DNA of 64,000 nucleotides. Source: Chloroflexota bacterium. GTDB lineage: Bacteria > Chloroflexota > Anaerolineae > DTLA01. The notes under the pieces are model-generated. The model searched no databases. It saw only the letters and a program-made list of their open reading frames with translations, and was not told the origin of the DNA. This document shows, in pieces, positions 42,354 to 52,189 of the stretch. The position numbers and the translations under genes are program-made. Location: positions 10,243 through 74,242 of the forward strand of contig JADBJK010000055.1 of assembly GCA_014874485.1 (NCBI GenBank), written 5' to 3'. Every line of letters starts with the position of its first letter. The first letter of the stretch is position 1.

Positions 42354-43616
42354 TCACGCGTACTGCCGGCGGAAGATGACCGACGCCGCGATGAACAGCA
42401 CCACGGCCAGCGCCAGAAGCCCGGCAATAGGCACGAGCACGTCGCCCAGCGTCCCGCCCGCCGTCAACTTGTTGAACGCGTCCAGGCCCCAGGCGTTGGG
42501 CGTGATGAGCGACGCCGTCCGTATCCACTGGGGCAGGGCCTGGCGGGGGAAGAAGTTGCCGGCCAGCCCGCCGAAGGCCAGCGACAGAATCGTGCCCATC
42601 TGGTTGGCCTGGCCCGCCGTGCGTGCGTAGGCGGCCAGGACCAGTGCCCAGCCTGTAGCCGCCGCGACCAGCGCCAGCGTTACGGGCACCACCGCCGAAA
42701 GCGGGCCGTACTTCACGCCGAGCATGAGCCTGCTGGCCACCAGCAGGATGCCCATCTGGGCGAGGCCCGTCAGGTAGATGCCGCAGACCTTGCCGCCCAG
42801 CACCTGGAACGCGGTTGTGGGCGTCGCGAGCAGGCGGGGCAGTGTGCCCCAGTCGCGCTCGGCGAGCAGGGTCTTGCCGCCGTTGCTCACCGTGAACATG
42901 AGGAACAGGATGGCCATGCTGGGGGCCATGTACGTGAGCCAGTCAAACCCGCCCTGGGGGTCTTCTGCGGCAGTCTCGCCCTTGACCGCGATGAGGCGGG
43001 TCTCGGTGGCCTGGCGCGCCGCCCGCTCGCCGATTTCCATGCCCTTGGTCAGCGCCTCCTGCGGCGCGAGGAGGCCGCTGGCGATGAGTTGCGACACGGC
43101 TACCTGCCCGCCCGCCGCTCCCGCCGAAACCCGGCTGAGGAACTGGTCCACGATGCCGCGCACGATGCCCGCGCTGATGGGACGGTCGGGGTTGGCGTAC
43201 ACTTCCACCACGGCCTGCGGGCGGTTCGCCAGCGCCGAGGGGTCGCCGCTGGCCAGGCCCGACGGCACGATGCTCTCGCTCAGGTCGGCCGGGATGACGA
43301 CCGCCGCCGCGGCCTTGTTGGCGTCCACAGCGGCGCGAGCCGCCGCCTCGTCCGCCGTTACGGTAACGTCCAGCAGGTCGGCCAAATCGGGCGACTGGAA
43401 GGTCTGCTGGAGGTAGCCGCCGAACTCGCCGCCATCGTGATTCACCACGAACACAGGGATTCCGCTGAGGCCGCCCCCGCCGCCGCTCAGGCCGCCAAAC
43501 GCGAACGCCATGACCAGGGTGAGCGCGTAGGGCGCGGCCAGCATGATGATGAGCGCCGTCGGGTCGCGGAATGTGGTAACGAGGTCCTTCCACGCCACGT
43601 TGAGAATCTTGCGCAT
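42354..43616 (-). CDS. ABC-2 type transporter permease (second subunit)
   Basis: MRKILNVAWKDLVTTFRDPTALIIMLAAPYALTLVMAFAF, same architecture as the previous gene. Confidence 0.8.
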   Translation of the reverse strand: MRKILNVAWKDLVTTFRDPTALIIMLAAPYALTLVMAFAFGGLSGGGGGLSGIPVFVVNHDGGEFGGYLQQTFQSPDLADLLDVTVTADEAAARAAVDANKAAAAVVIPADLSESIVPSGLASGDPSALANRPQAVVEVYANPDRPISAGIVRGIVDQFLSRVSAGAAGGQVAVSQLIASGLLAPQEALTKGMEIGERAARQATETRLIAVKGETAAEDPQGGFDWLTYMAPSMAILFLMFTVSNGGKTLLAERDWGTLPRLLATPTTAFQVLGGKVCGIYLTGLAQMGILLVASRLMLGVKYGPLSAVVPVTLALVAAATGWALVLAAYARTAGQANQMGTILSLAFGGLAGNFFPRQALPQWIRTASLITPNAWGLDAFNKLTAGGTLGDVLVPIAGLLALAVVLFIAASVIFRRQYA

Positions 43617-43626
43617 GGCCGACCTC

Positions 43627-44577
43627 CTAATCCCGCAGCGCCCGGCCCGTCAGGTGCAGGAACACGGCTTCCAGCGTCGGCTCCTGGATGTCCACCGAGC
43701 GCACCTTGACGCCCAGTTCGTTGGCTTTCGTGATGACCGGCGGCAGGGCGTCCTCCGCTTCGGGGACGATGAGCACGATTTCGTGGTCGGCTGTGGAGAC
43801 CCGGACCACGCCCGGCACGCCCCGCAGGGCTTCGGCCAGCGGCTCGGCGGCTTGGTCCTCCGCCAAGTGCAGGCGCAGCGTCTCGTGCTCGCCCACCAGC
43901 CGGGTGAGTTCCTTCTGCGTGCCCAGCGCGATCAACTTGCCGTGATCCATGATGCCCACGCGATGGGAAAGTTCTTGCGCTTCCTCCATGTAGTGGGTCG
44001 TGTAGAGCACGGTCATCCCCTCGCGGTTGAGTTCCTTGACCATGTCCAGGATGTTGCGGCGGCTCTGGGGGTCTATGCCCACCGTCGGCTCATCCATGTA
44101 CACGATCTGCGGCTTGTGGAGCAAGCCGACGGCGATGTTGAGCCTGCGCTTCATCCCGCCGGAGAAGGTGCCCACCCTGGACTTGGCCCTGTCGGCCAGC
44201 CCGACCTGCTGCAGGACTTCGTCCACGCGCCGTGACAGTTCCCTGCCGCCCATGCCGTACATGCGCCCCCAGAAGACAAGGTTCTCCCGCGCACTGAGGA
44301 CGTTGTACAGGGCGATTTCCTGCGGCACCACGCCGATGGCGCGCTTGACCGCCATCGGCTCGCGGATGACCGAATGGCCCGCCACGAACGCATCACCTGC
44401 GGTGGGGGCGAGCAGGCAACTGAGCATGGAGATGGTGGTCGTCTTGCCCGCGCCGTTGGGCCCCAGTAGGCTGAAGATTTCCCCCTGCTGGATTTCAAAG
44501 GACACGTCGTCCACGGCCAGGACGTTCTCGGGCATGTACCGTTTGGATAGGTTCTGAACCCGGACTATGGCTGTCAT
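43627..44577 (-). CDS. ABC transporter ATP-binding protein
   Basis: Walker A GPNGAGKTTT, signature LSGGMKRRL, Walker B. Start at MTAIVRV with a GGAGGAG RBS. Confidence 0.9.
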   Translation of the reverse strand: MTAIVRVQNLSKRYMPENVLAVDDVSFEIQQGEIFSLLGPNGAGKTTTISMLSCLLAPTAGDAFVAGHSVIREPMAVKRAIGVVPQEIALYNVLSARENLVFWGRMYGMGGRELSRRVDEVLQQVGLADRAKSRVGTFSGGMKRRLNIAVGLLHKPQIVYMDEPTVGIDPQSRRNILDMVKELNREGMTVLYTTHYMEEAQELSHRVGIMDHGKLIALGTQKELTRLVGEHETLRLHLAEDQAAEPLAEALRGVPGVVRVSTADHEIVLIVPEAEDALPPVITKANELGVKVRSVDIQEPTLEAVFLHLTGRALRD

Positions 44578-44671
44578 TCGCTCCTCCTCACCGTTTGTGT
44601 GCATTCGCGGTTTCTCTCCGTTATGCGATTCTTGGCGGCTGCGCCGCCGGGGGGTTCGCCGGAACGACCGC

Positions 44672-45517
44672 CTACAGCAGACGGGAAATCCACGCGGCGA
44701 TGTCGTCCACCACTTCGCGGGCCACGTTGCCGGCCACGTCGTACTCGGCGGGGTTCGGCTGGCCGCTGCCCGCCATGAACAGGTGGTTCAGGCTGGGGTA
44801 CGACTTGAACTGCACGCCGGAGCGGTCGGCAAGCCCCGCCTTCCACGCCGCAAAGTCCGCCATCGTAACCTGGTAGTCCCGCTCGCCCTGGAGGATGAGC
44901 ATGGGCACGGTCAGCGATTGCGCCGTCGCGACGGGGTCATAGGCCAGGATGTCGGCCCAGTACGCCTTGCCCGCGCCCAGGATCACCTCGCCCTCCTTGA
45001 AGTCCAGCGCCTTGACCCGCTCCACCTGCTGGCGGAGTTCGTCCAGCGCCTGCGCCTCTTCCGGTGCAACCGTGCCGTCCAGTGCGGCCAGGTACTCGCT
45101 CTGCGCCAGCATGAGGTCGGCCAGGTTCCGATTGCTGGCCGCCAGCAGGATGAGGCCCGCCAGGCGCGGGTCGCGGGCCGCGATGCGCGGGGCCACAGTT
45201 CCGCCCAGGCTGTGGCCCAGGACGAACACCCGATGGGGGTCAATGCCGCTGACGCCGCGCAGGTACTCGGCAGCCGCCAGCGCGTCGTTCACAACCTCCT
45301 CGTTGACGGTCAACGTCGCCATGGACGCCATCATCTGGCCGGGGCACTGCTTGGTGCGCTTCTCGTACCGCAGGACGGCGATGCCCCGCGTCGCAAGCCC
45401 CCACGCCAAATCCTTGAACGGCTTGTTGGGGCCGATGGTCTCGTCGCGGTCATTCGGCCCCGACCCGTGCACGAGGACGACCGCAGGGAACGGCCCCGCG
45501 CCCTTGGGCATGGTCAA
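44672..45517 (-). CDS. Alpha/beta hydrolase (dienelactone hydrolase/peptidase S9-like)
   Basis: VVLVHGSGPNDRDE...LGHSLGG nucleophile elbow. Confidence 0.8.
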   Translation of the reverse strand: MTMPKGAGPFPAVVLVHGSGPNDRDETIGPNKPFKDLAWGLATRGIAVLRYEKRTKQCPGQMMASMATLTVNEEVVNDALAAAEYLRGVSGIDPHRVFVLGHSLGGTVAPRIAARDPRLAGLILLAASNRNLADLMLAQSEYLAALDGTVAPEEAQALDELRQQVERVKALDFKEGEVILGAGKAYWADILAYDPVATAQSLTVPMLILQGERDYQVTMADFAAWKAGLADRSGVQFKSYPSLNHLFMAGSGQPNPAEYDVAGNVAREVVDDIAAWISRLL

Positions 45518-45601
45518 CGTGGCCGGGAGCGGGCAATCGCCGTCGGCCAGGGAGACCTCCGTCTCCGAGAAGGCGGCTGGGTCAGCGTAGTCGGGCGTTC
45601 T

Positions 45602-46027
45602 TCAGGTGCCCCCGCTGCCGGGCGGGACAAACCACAGTCCGGCGATGCGCCCCTGGGCATCAAAGACCACCTTCATGTCCAGCGGGTTGCGGGCGAAATC
45701 GCAGGCTACGTAGGCGATGCGATATCCGGCCTCCTGCGTCATCCGCACCTCCTTGATGCCCTTGAGGTCGCCGACGTTGCGGATGACCTCCTCCCACGTG
45801 GCCTTGAGTTTGGCGACGGGGAACGCCGCGGCCATCTGGGGGTCAAACATGGCGGCGGCCTCGGCGTACTTGCGTTCCGCCAGCAGGTTGGTGAAGTACC
45901 GCGCGGCGGTCTCCAGGTCGCCGGATGGCGGCGTGGGCATGGGGGTAGGCGTGGCCTTCGGGCTGCACGCGCCGAGCAGGAGCAGACCCAGGGCCAGCAC
46001 ATAGGCGGGCGTCCAACTTCGCTTCAT
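45602..46027 (-). CDS. DUF3887-like lipoprotein
   Basis: Signal plus lipobox LLLGACS. Start at MKRSWT preceded by GAGGAG. The family is often encoded beside alpha/beta hydrolases. Confidence 0.55.
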   Translation of the reverse strand: MKRSWTPAYVLALGLLLLGACSPKATPTPMPTPPSGDLETAARYFTNLLAERKYAEAAAMFDPQMAAAFPVAKLKATWEEVIRNVGDLKGIKEVRMTQEAGYRIAYVACDFARNPLDMKVVFDAQGRIAGLWFVPPGSGGT

Positions 46028-46252
46028 GGCAGGCTCCTCAATAGCGAATTCCACGGCGCGGAATTGGGGCCATGCCGCGCCGCAGGTACCGCGCACGATT
46101 GTGCCAGAGCCTGGCCTGAGTGTCAAGACGCGGTGAGGCCGGGGCGCGGGGCGAGAACGTTCATCCGCGAATCACACGAATCGGCACGAATAGCGATTCG
46201 CGCCCATTCGCGGACAGCGTCGGCAGAAATGCTCCGCAGGTCAGGCTACGGG

Positions 46253-46520
46253 CCGGGGCGGGGGCGTTTGGAGCGCGAAGGCGCGAAAGACGCGCGGGGC
46301 TGAACCCCGCGCTGAAGGGACAAAGCCCCGTTGGGGCTTGGGTAGCCCGCAGGGCTTCGCCCATTCAGCCCGACGGCTTCAGCCTCGGGCCGGGGGCGCG
46401 AGGCGTTTGGAGCGCGAAGGCGCGAAAGACGCGCGGGGCTAAACCCCCGCGCTGAAGGGACAAAGCCCCGTTGGGGCTGGGGCAGCCCGCAGGGCTTCGC
46501 CCATTCAGCCCGACGGCTTC
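46253..46520. repeat. Two direct copies of an about 135-bp GC-rich unit containing perfect hairpins (gcgcgggg-ctgaa-ccccgcgc)
   Basis: ggcgtttggagcgcgaaggcgcgaaagacgcgcggggctgaaccccgcgctgaagggacaaagccccgttggggcttgggtagcccgcagggcttcgcccattcagcccgacggcttc is repeated. Confidence 0.85.
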
Positions 46521-46610
46521 GCCCATTCGGGGAGGGGGCGCCGCGCCCGCATTTGACATCCGGGCGCAGTGGTACAAAATGCAGCGCAGAACCCCACGCC
46601 GGAGACCGAC

Positions 46611-47192
46611 ATGCCGTCAGGGAAAATCCACCAGCGGGTCAACGAGGCGGCGCTGCTGCTCGGCACGCCCACCGCTTTTGCCCTCACGTGGTACGCCACG
46701 TCCGACGTGCGGATGGCGCTGGAGATCACCGGCTACGCCCTGGCGGGGATGCTGTTCGGCACCTATTTCGCCGACCCCGACCTGGACCAAGACCACATCA
46801 CGCGCACCGAGGCGCGCATTCGCCGGTGGCCCGTCGTCGGCATCCCGCTGTACATCGCGTTTGTGGCCTTCTGGTATCCCTACGCCAAGCAGACGCGCCA
46901 CCGAGGGCTGTCGCACGCGCCCATCATCGGCACGTTGCTGCGGCTGGGGTACATCCTGCTCGTCTTCACGCTCATCAACACGATTGGCCGGTGGATTCTC
47001 TTCGGTACGCCAAAGGGGTGGGGCGACCTGCTGACCTCGCTCATCGTGTGGATGGTGCGCCGTCCCGAGCAGGCCGGGGCATGGATCGCGGGCGAGTGCC
47101 TTGCGGACCTCCTCCACGCCCTGGCCGACCGCCTGTGGCCCGCGACGGTGCGAACGGCGTCGGTCCGCTGGAGCCTGCGGAACCGCGAGTGA
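46611..47192 (+). CDS. Membrane protein, YdjM/DUF2227-like putative metal-dependent hydrolase
   Basis: Four predicted TM segments. Start at MPSGKIHQ. Confidence 0.45.
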   Translation: MPSGKIHQRVNEAALLLGTPTAFALTWYATSDVRMALEITGYALAGMLFGTYFADPDLDQDHITRTEARIRRWPVVGIPLYIAFVAFWYPYAKQTRHRGLSHAPIIGTLLRLGYILLVFTLINTIGRWILFGTPKGWGDLLTSLIVWMVRRPEQAGAWIAGECLADLLHALADRLWPATVRTASVRWSLRNRE

Positions 47193-47201
47193 GAGGCGGC
47201 G

Positions 47202-48164
47202 CTAGCCTGCGGCCGTCGGCGCAGCCACGGGGTTGCGCAGCGTGCCCAGCCTCTCTATCGTGGCCTCCACCACGTCGCCCGGCTTCAGATACCACGACGT
47301 GTCCGGCTCCCGTCCCAGCGCCACGCCCGACGGCGTGCCCGACGTGATCACGTCTCCGGGCTCCAGCCCCATGCGCGACCAGTAGGCGATGAGGGCCGCG
47401 AAATCAAAGATGAGGTCGCTGGTGTGCCCGCGCTGGCGAATTTCGCCGTTCACGCGCAACTCCATGCTCAGCACGTGCGGGTCGGGCAGTTCGTCCGCCG
47501 TGAGCAGGTACGGCCCCATTGGGCAAGACGTGGGGAAGTTTTTGCCCAACGTGAGGAACCCCGCTTTCATCTCGGCCACCTGCACCTCGCGGGCGCTCAC
47601 GTCGTTGAGGATGGTGTACCCCGCCACGTGCCGCAGTGCGTCTTCAGGCCGGATGCCCGTCCCGCCCACGCCGATGACCGCCGCCAGCTCCACCTCGTAG
47701 TCCAGTTTCTGCGTCCACGGCGGCATGACGATGGCTTCCTCGGGGCCGATAACCGACGACGGCGCTTTGAGAAAGGCCAGGGGCATTTCGGGCGGCTTGG
47801 CAGAGAGCCCCTTCGTCTCCTCCAGATGCTTACGGAAGTTGAGGCCTGGGCAGATGATTTTGCCAGGGCGGGCAATGGGTTCCTCTAGCCGAACCTGCGC
47901 CAGAGGCACGGCGACGCCGAACGGCAGGGCATCCCAGCGGCGCAACGCTGCATCCAGAACCCTGCGGAGCATGTCCAGGCTCTTCGCCCACGAACGCAAG
48001 AGCGGAAGGACGTCGTTGGGGATGGGCGCGTAGCGGCTGGCGGGGAACGCCCATGCCCGCGCCCGGGCCACGTCCAGCACGTGAAGCCCGTCGGGGCGCT
48101 CCACCAGGATCCCAAGCCTTCCGCACTTCCGGCTCTTGGCAGGGCAATAACGCACAAGTTTCAT
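47202..48164 (-). CDS. Fumarylacetoacetate hydrolase (FAH) family protein
   Basis: The C-terminal domain ...GEIRQRGHTSDLIFDFAALIAYWSRMGLEPGDVITSGTPSGV is the FAH-fold signature. Confidence 0.85.
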   Translation of the reverse strand: MKLVRYCPAKSRKCGRLGILVERPDGLHVLDVARARAWAFPASRYAPIPNDVLPLLRSWAKSLDMLRRVLDAALRRWDALPFGVAVPLAQVRLEEPIARPGKIICPGLNFRKHLEETKGLSAKPPEMPLAFLKAPSSVIGPEEAIVMPPWTQKLDYEVELAAVIGVGGTGIRPEDALRHVAGYTILNDVSAREVQVAEMKAGFLTLGKNFPTSCPMGPYLLTADELPDPHVLSMELRVNGEIRQRGHTSDLIFDFAALIAYWSRMGLEPGDVITSGTPSGVALGREPDTSWYLKPGDVVEATIERLGTLRNPVAAPTAAG

Positions 48165-48204
48165 CGCGGCCTCCTTGATGGGTGTCGGAATGATGGGCGG
48201 GCGG

Positions 48205-48525
48205 TCATGCCCGAATCATGACGAGCATCATCTTGAACCGCTGCACAGCCTTCAGCGCGTGGGGCTTGTGCGCGGGCATCAGGATCATCTCGCCGGCGCG
48301 CACGCGGAACGGCGTCCCCGCGATGGTGATTTCGGCTTCGCCATCCAGCACGAGCACCAGCGCGTCAAACGGCGCGGTGTGTTCGCTCAATCCTTGCCCC
48401 TCATCAAAGGCAAACAGCGTAACCGTGCCCGTCTTCTGGCTGACGATTTCGCGGCTGACCACCGCGCCGTCCTGGTACGCCACCAGTTCCGACGGGTTCA
48501 CGACCTGCGCGTCCAAAGCGCCCAT
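48205..48525 (-). CDS. Cupin domain protein
   Basis: 106 aa. EHTAPFDALVLVLDGEAEITIAGTPFRVRAGEMILMPAHKPHAL is a cupin motif. GGAGGA RBS. Confidence 0.75.
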   Translation of the reverse strand: MGALDAQVVNPSELVAYQDGAVVSREIVSQKTGTVTLFAFDEGQGLSEHTAPFDALVLVLDGEAEITIAGTPFRVRAGEMILMPAHKPHALKAVQRFKMMLVMIRA

Positions 48526-48737
48526 AGGTGTCCTCCAGAGGTTTGATGATCGGTGCAGGCCCATCATATCACACTTCCGCCCGCGAATCAACGCGCGCCC
48601 TCGCGGCTGCGTCGCGTGCACCCCCGCCCGTCTGGCGTGCTGCCGTCGGCCGGAACATGGCCTTGACGCGGCTTCGCATCTGCGGTAATCTTGCGCCACG
48701 CACAAACCGACGAAGGCAAAGCGAAGGAGCGACAGCC

Positions 48738-49607
48738 ATGGCTGAACTGACAGAAACCCGCATACCGGTCTCCGACGGCATCCACCTGCACGCGGTTGTC
48801 GCCGGGCCGGAGGATGGGCCGCTTGTGGTGCTCCTGCACGGATTCCCGGAGTTCTGGCACTCGTGGCGGCGGCAGATACCGCCCCTGGCGGAAGCCGGTT
48901 TCCGCGTCGTCGCCCCCGACCAGCGCGGCTACAACTTGAGCGACAAGCCGCGCGGCGTGCACGCCTACCGCCTGGACGCGCTCACCGCCGACGTCGCCGC
49001 GATCCTGGACTGGGCCGGACGCGACCGCGCCGTCATCGTGGGGCACGACTGGGGCGGGGCGGTGGCCTGGCGCTTCGCCATGGACTACCCCCAGCGCGTG
49101 GAGCGGCTCGTCATCATGAACGCGCCGCATCCGGTGGCCTTCGCGCGAGAGATGCGCCACTGGAGCCAGCGGCGGCGCAGTTGGTACATGTTCTACTTCC
49201 AGATTCCGTGGCTGCCGGAGACCCTGTTCGCGCTGTCGCCCTTGGGCACGGCGCGCCTGTTCTTCCGCAAGGCCGCTTTCCGCAAAGGCGCGTTCTCGGA
49301 CGACGACGTGCGGGCGTTCGCCACGGCGATGGGCCAGCCCGGCGCGCTCCGCGCCATGATTCACTGGTACCGCGCTGCGTTCCGATACCCGCCTGCCCAG
49401 CGCGTGCGGCCGATAGAAGCGCCGACGCTGCTCATCTGGGGTGTGAAGGACATCGCGCTGGGCGTGGAGTTGACGCGCGGCCTGGAGAAGTGGGTGCCCA
49501 ACCTGACCGTGCACTACATCCAGGACTGCGGCCATTGGGTGCAGAACGAGGCAACGGAAGAGGTGAACGCGGCGCTGCTGGGTTTCCTGCGGGCATCGGG
49601 CGCATAG
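48738..49607 (+). CDS. Alpha/beta hydrolase (epoxide hydrolase/haloalkane dehalogenase-like)
   Basis: VLLHGFPEFWHSWRRQIPPLAEAGFRVVAPDQRGYNLSDKP...VGHDWGG. AAGGAG RBS. Confidence 0.85.
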   Translation: MAELTETRIPVSDGIHLHAVVAGPEDGPLVVLLHGFPEFWHSWRRQIPPLAEAGFRVVAPDQRGYNLSDKPRGVHAYRLDALTADVAAILDWAGRDRAVIVGHDWGGAVAWRFAMDYPQRVERLVIMNAPHPVAFAREMRHWSQRRRSWYMFYFQIPWLPETLFALSPLGTARLFFRKAAFRKGAFSDDDVRAFATAMGQPGALRAMIHWYRAAFRYPPAQRVRPIEAPTLLIWGVKDIALGVELTRGLEKWVPNLTVHYIQDCGHWVQNEATEEVNAALLGFLRASGA

Positions 49608-49610
49608 CGG

Positions 49611-49745
49611 AGACCGCAGAGATTTACTCCGAATTCTCCGCGATCTCTGTGTTCTCTGCGGTGAACTGGATTCACCACAGAGACGCAGAGAACACAGAGA
49701 TTTCCTTCAAAATTCTCCGCGCGCTCTGCGTCTCTGCGGTGATAG
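49611..49745. repeat. caccgcagag-family palindromic elements
   Basis: ggattcaccacagagacgcagagaacacagag...ctctgcgtctctgcggtg inverted repeats. Confidence 0.8.
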
Positions 49746-49864
49746 AGGCCAGGTATGGACAGCGGCATCCCGTCGTGCGAATTCGGGTCATTCGCGGATG
49801 ACGCTTTCAGAGCGCAGGGCGGAACTTGCACATCTCGCCCGTCAATGCTATAATGTACGCGCTT

Positions 49865-49938
49865 GGGCGAGTAGCTCAGTCGGTCAGAGCGCACGGTTCA
49901 CATCCGTGAGGTCGTAGGTTCGAGCCCTATCTCGCCCA
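49865..49938 (+). tRNA. tRNA-Val (anticodon CAC)
   Basis: Cloverleaf by eye: acceptor GGGCGAG/CTCGCCC, D-stem GCTC/GAGC, anticodon stem CACGG/CCGTG with loop TTCACAT, T-arm GTAGG-TTCGAGC-CCTAT, discriminator A. A gcTATAATg promoter lies about 15 nt upstream. Confidence 0.85.
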
Positions 49939-49942
49939 CCTT

Positions 49943-49975
49943 CGGTCGCGAAGCGTGCCCCTTCGCGACTTTTTT
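49943..49975 (+). terminator. Intrinsic terminator after tRNA-Val
   Basis: gtcgcgaag-cgtgcccc-ttcgcgac hairpin followed by TTTTTT. Confidence 0.6.
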
Positions 49976-50677
49976 CTACCTCATCGCAGGAGGTGCGCCA
50001 TCGGACACACGCTCCAGGCCAGCCTGTGGGTCGCCGCTTCTGTCCTCGTGTACCTCGCCGCGTCCCTTGTCTTGGACACTGCGGAGACGAGCCCCGATGC
50101 ACCGTTCCGCCGAGTCCTCCTTCGCGCGCGGCAGACCGGCCTTGACCGCCTGGCGGGGCTTGCGTACTACGTGGGCCTGCCCTTCGTGGCCATGCTGGCG
50201 GGCGCGGCGGACTTCCCCCTCCATCTGGGCCTTGCGGGCATGGATTGGCCGGCCTCGCTGGCCAGGGGGGCTGGGCTGGGGGTGGCCGTGTTCGTGGGCC
50301 TGGCGGGCATCGCCGGATACGCGCGCCGCCATGGACTTGGACAGCGGGCCTCCGGCAAATCCAACACCGACTGGGATGCGTGGCTCGTGGCCCTGTGCCA
50401 GCAGGCACACTGGGCGTTCTACCGGCTCCCCGCCATCCTGCTCACGGGCGATTTCCTGCTGGGCACGTCCCTGGGCGCGACGCTGGCGCTGCTGGAGCGC
50501 GTGGCCGACCCGCGTTGGCGTCGCCAGGCCACGAGTGCCGATGCCGCCCTGGGTGCATGGCTGGATGTGGCGCTCCTCGTAGGGATGTCGGCGGCGTTCT
50601 ACCTCGTGCGCAATTTCTTTGTCCTGTGGGGCGTTCACGCCCTGCTCATCTGGGCGGTGCGTAAGGCGTTTCGCTGA
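49955..50677 (+). CDS. Hypothetical membrane protein (start uncertain)
   Basis: Long open frame with several hydrophobic segments. The track start overlaps the tRNA terminator, so the true start is probably downstream. Confidence 0.35.
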   Translation: MPLRDFFLPHRRRCAIGHTLQASLWVAASVLVYLAASLVLDTAETSPDAPFRRVLLRARQTGLDRLAGLAYYVGLPFVAMLAGAADFPLHLGLAGMDWPASLARGAGLGVAVFVGLAGIAGYARRHGLGQRASGKSNTDWDAWLVALCQQAHWAFYRLPAILLTGDFLLGTSLGATLALLERVADPRWRRQATSADAALGAWLDVALLVGMSAAFYLVRNFFVLWGVHALLIWAVRKAFR

Positions 50678-50734
50678 CCGTCGGGCGCGCTCGTGGGAAC
50701 GAGAAAAGGGGAGCGAAGCGAAGCAAATCCACGA

Positions 50735-50960
50735 ATCGCACGAATCTACACGAATGCAGGGGGGCCATTCGTGTTCATTCGCGCGGGTTGGCGGTTTCTC
50801 CACATTGTCATTGCGAGCGAAGCGAAGCATCTCGGTCGGCGAGATTCTTCCGCGCTGCGCCGCTCAGGATGACAATGGTAAACTTGTAGGGGCGACTCGG
50901 CGAGTCGCCCCTACTTCGGGCACTCCGTGCCCTCGGATGACACACCATCAGGAATCACTG
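50735..50960. repeat. Repeat cluster: cacgaatcgcacgaatctacacgaatgcagggg motif, family-1 palindromic element, and REP-like GTAGGGGCGACTCGGCGAGTCGCCCCTAC
   Basis: Direct reading. The cacgaat motif recurs inverted at 60040-60100 and partially at 46170-46200. Confidence 0.85.
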
Positions 50961-51002
50961 TGGCAGAGTACCCGCGCGTCTCGCCGGGTTGCGGGGATGG
51001 GC

Positions 51003-51260
51003 CTACGCCAGGAGCAGGCTCAGCACCACGAGCACAACCAGCATGACCGCTGCGATGATGCCCAGCCGCCGCAGGTCTTTCAGCACGTAGTGGTACTCCT
51101 GCTTGAAATCCACCGCCTGGCCGCGCTTGTAGGCCGTGGCCGCTGCGGCTTCCTTCTGAGCCGGGGCCGCGGCCGCCTTCACCGGTCGGTCAAACGTCGT
51201 CTGCGGCACCGGTCGCCGTTGGGCGCGCGGCCTCTGGGACTTCCTCGTCTTCTTCGCCAT
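51003..51260 (-). CDS. Small basic protein with a C-terminal TM segment, downstream of the sortase gene
   Basis: 85 aa with N-terminal KK/R-rich and A-rich regions and one C-terminal TM. No LPXTG motif. Confidence 0.35.
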   Translation of the reverse strand: MAKKTRKSQRPRAQRRPVPQTTFDRPVKAAAAPAQKEAAAATAYKRGQAVDFKQEYHYVLKDLRRLGIIAAVMLVVLVVLSLLLA

Positions 51261-51281
51261 GTCTTCCTATCCTCCGATGAA

Positions 51282-52187
51282 TTATTGCACCAGCGCCGCA
51301 ATCACAACGATGCGGTGCGTGTCTATCCTGTAGGGGTAGCAGGTGATGAGCGTCAGAATCGGGTCGGGTGTCGGGTCCATCACCTCCACCTGCGTGGGCT
51401 CAATGATGCGCTTCGCCACCACCTTGTACCGGTACGGCTGGGACCCCGCGTAGACGATGATCTCGTCCTCCAGTTCCAGTTTGTGCAGGTCGCGGAAGAT
51501 CTCGCCGTAGATGTCGTTGTGGGCCGAGATGACGCAGTTACCGCGCTCGCCCGGGTTGGCCGAGCCGATGTGATGCCCCGCGCCTTTCTTCAGTTGCTCC
51601 CACCCGTCGCCTTCCACCACGCGCGCGTCCACGTTGATGGCCGGGATCACGATGCGCGTCGGCTGCTCGGGCCCAGGGGTGGGGATGGGCACGGCCACTT
51701 CGGGCGACACCAGGTGCTGGTATTGCGCCGGCACCGGCTCGCGCCCGGGCACCGGCGGCTCGTGCCCGCCTGGGAGCACCCGCACCTCAATCAGCGCGGT
51801 GGCCGTGGGCGTGGGCCGATTGGACCCGCTGGCCTCCACCACGTCGCGGTTCAACTCCTGCAGGTTCAGGAACGTGCCGGCCAGGATGACCAGAAGCCCC
51901 ACCAGCGCCAGAATCTCCACGGCGAGCAGCAACTGCTCGCGGATGCGCTTCATATCCAGGCGGCGCGGGCTGCGCGTCTCCGGCTTCGCCGGCTCCTGCG
52001 GTTGCGGCTGCGCGGGCTGCACGGGCGCAGGAGCAGGGGCCACCGTCGGCTCCACCGGCTGTACCACGCGCCCCTCCGACGCCAGGCGGCGCAGCCTCTG
52101 GGCGCGCTCCTCCCGCTTCTTCAGCAGCAGAAGCCGCTCCAGTTCCTCTACGCTCAGTTCTTCCGCAGACCGTTTTCTACCAAACAC
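51282..52187 (-). CDS. Sortase family transpeptidase
   Basis: N-terminal TM anchor and a catalytic domain with HIGSANPGERGNCVISAHND ... TLITCYP (TLxTC). GTG start 3 nt after the upstream stop. Confidence 0.8.
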   Translation of the reverse strand: MFGRKRSAEELSVEELERLLLLKKREERAQRLRRLASEGRVVQPVEPTVAPAPAPVQPAQPQPQEPAKPETRSPRRLDMKRIREQLLLAVEILALVGLLVILAGTFLNLQELNRDVVEASGSNRPTPTATALIEVRVLPGGHEPPVPGREPVPAQYQHLVSPEVAVPIPTPGPEQPTRIVIPAINVDARVVEGDGWEQLKKGAGHHIGSANPGERGNCVISAHNDIYGEIFRDLHKLELEDEIIVYAGSQPYRYKVVAKRIIEPTQVEVMDPTPDPILTLITCYPYRIDTHRIVVIAALVQ

Positions 52188-52189
52188 GA

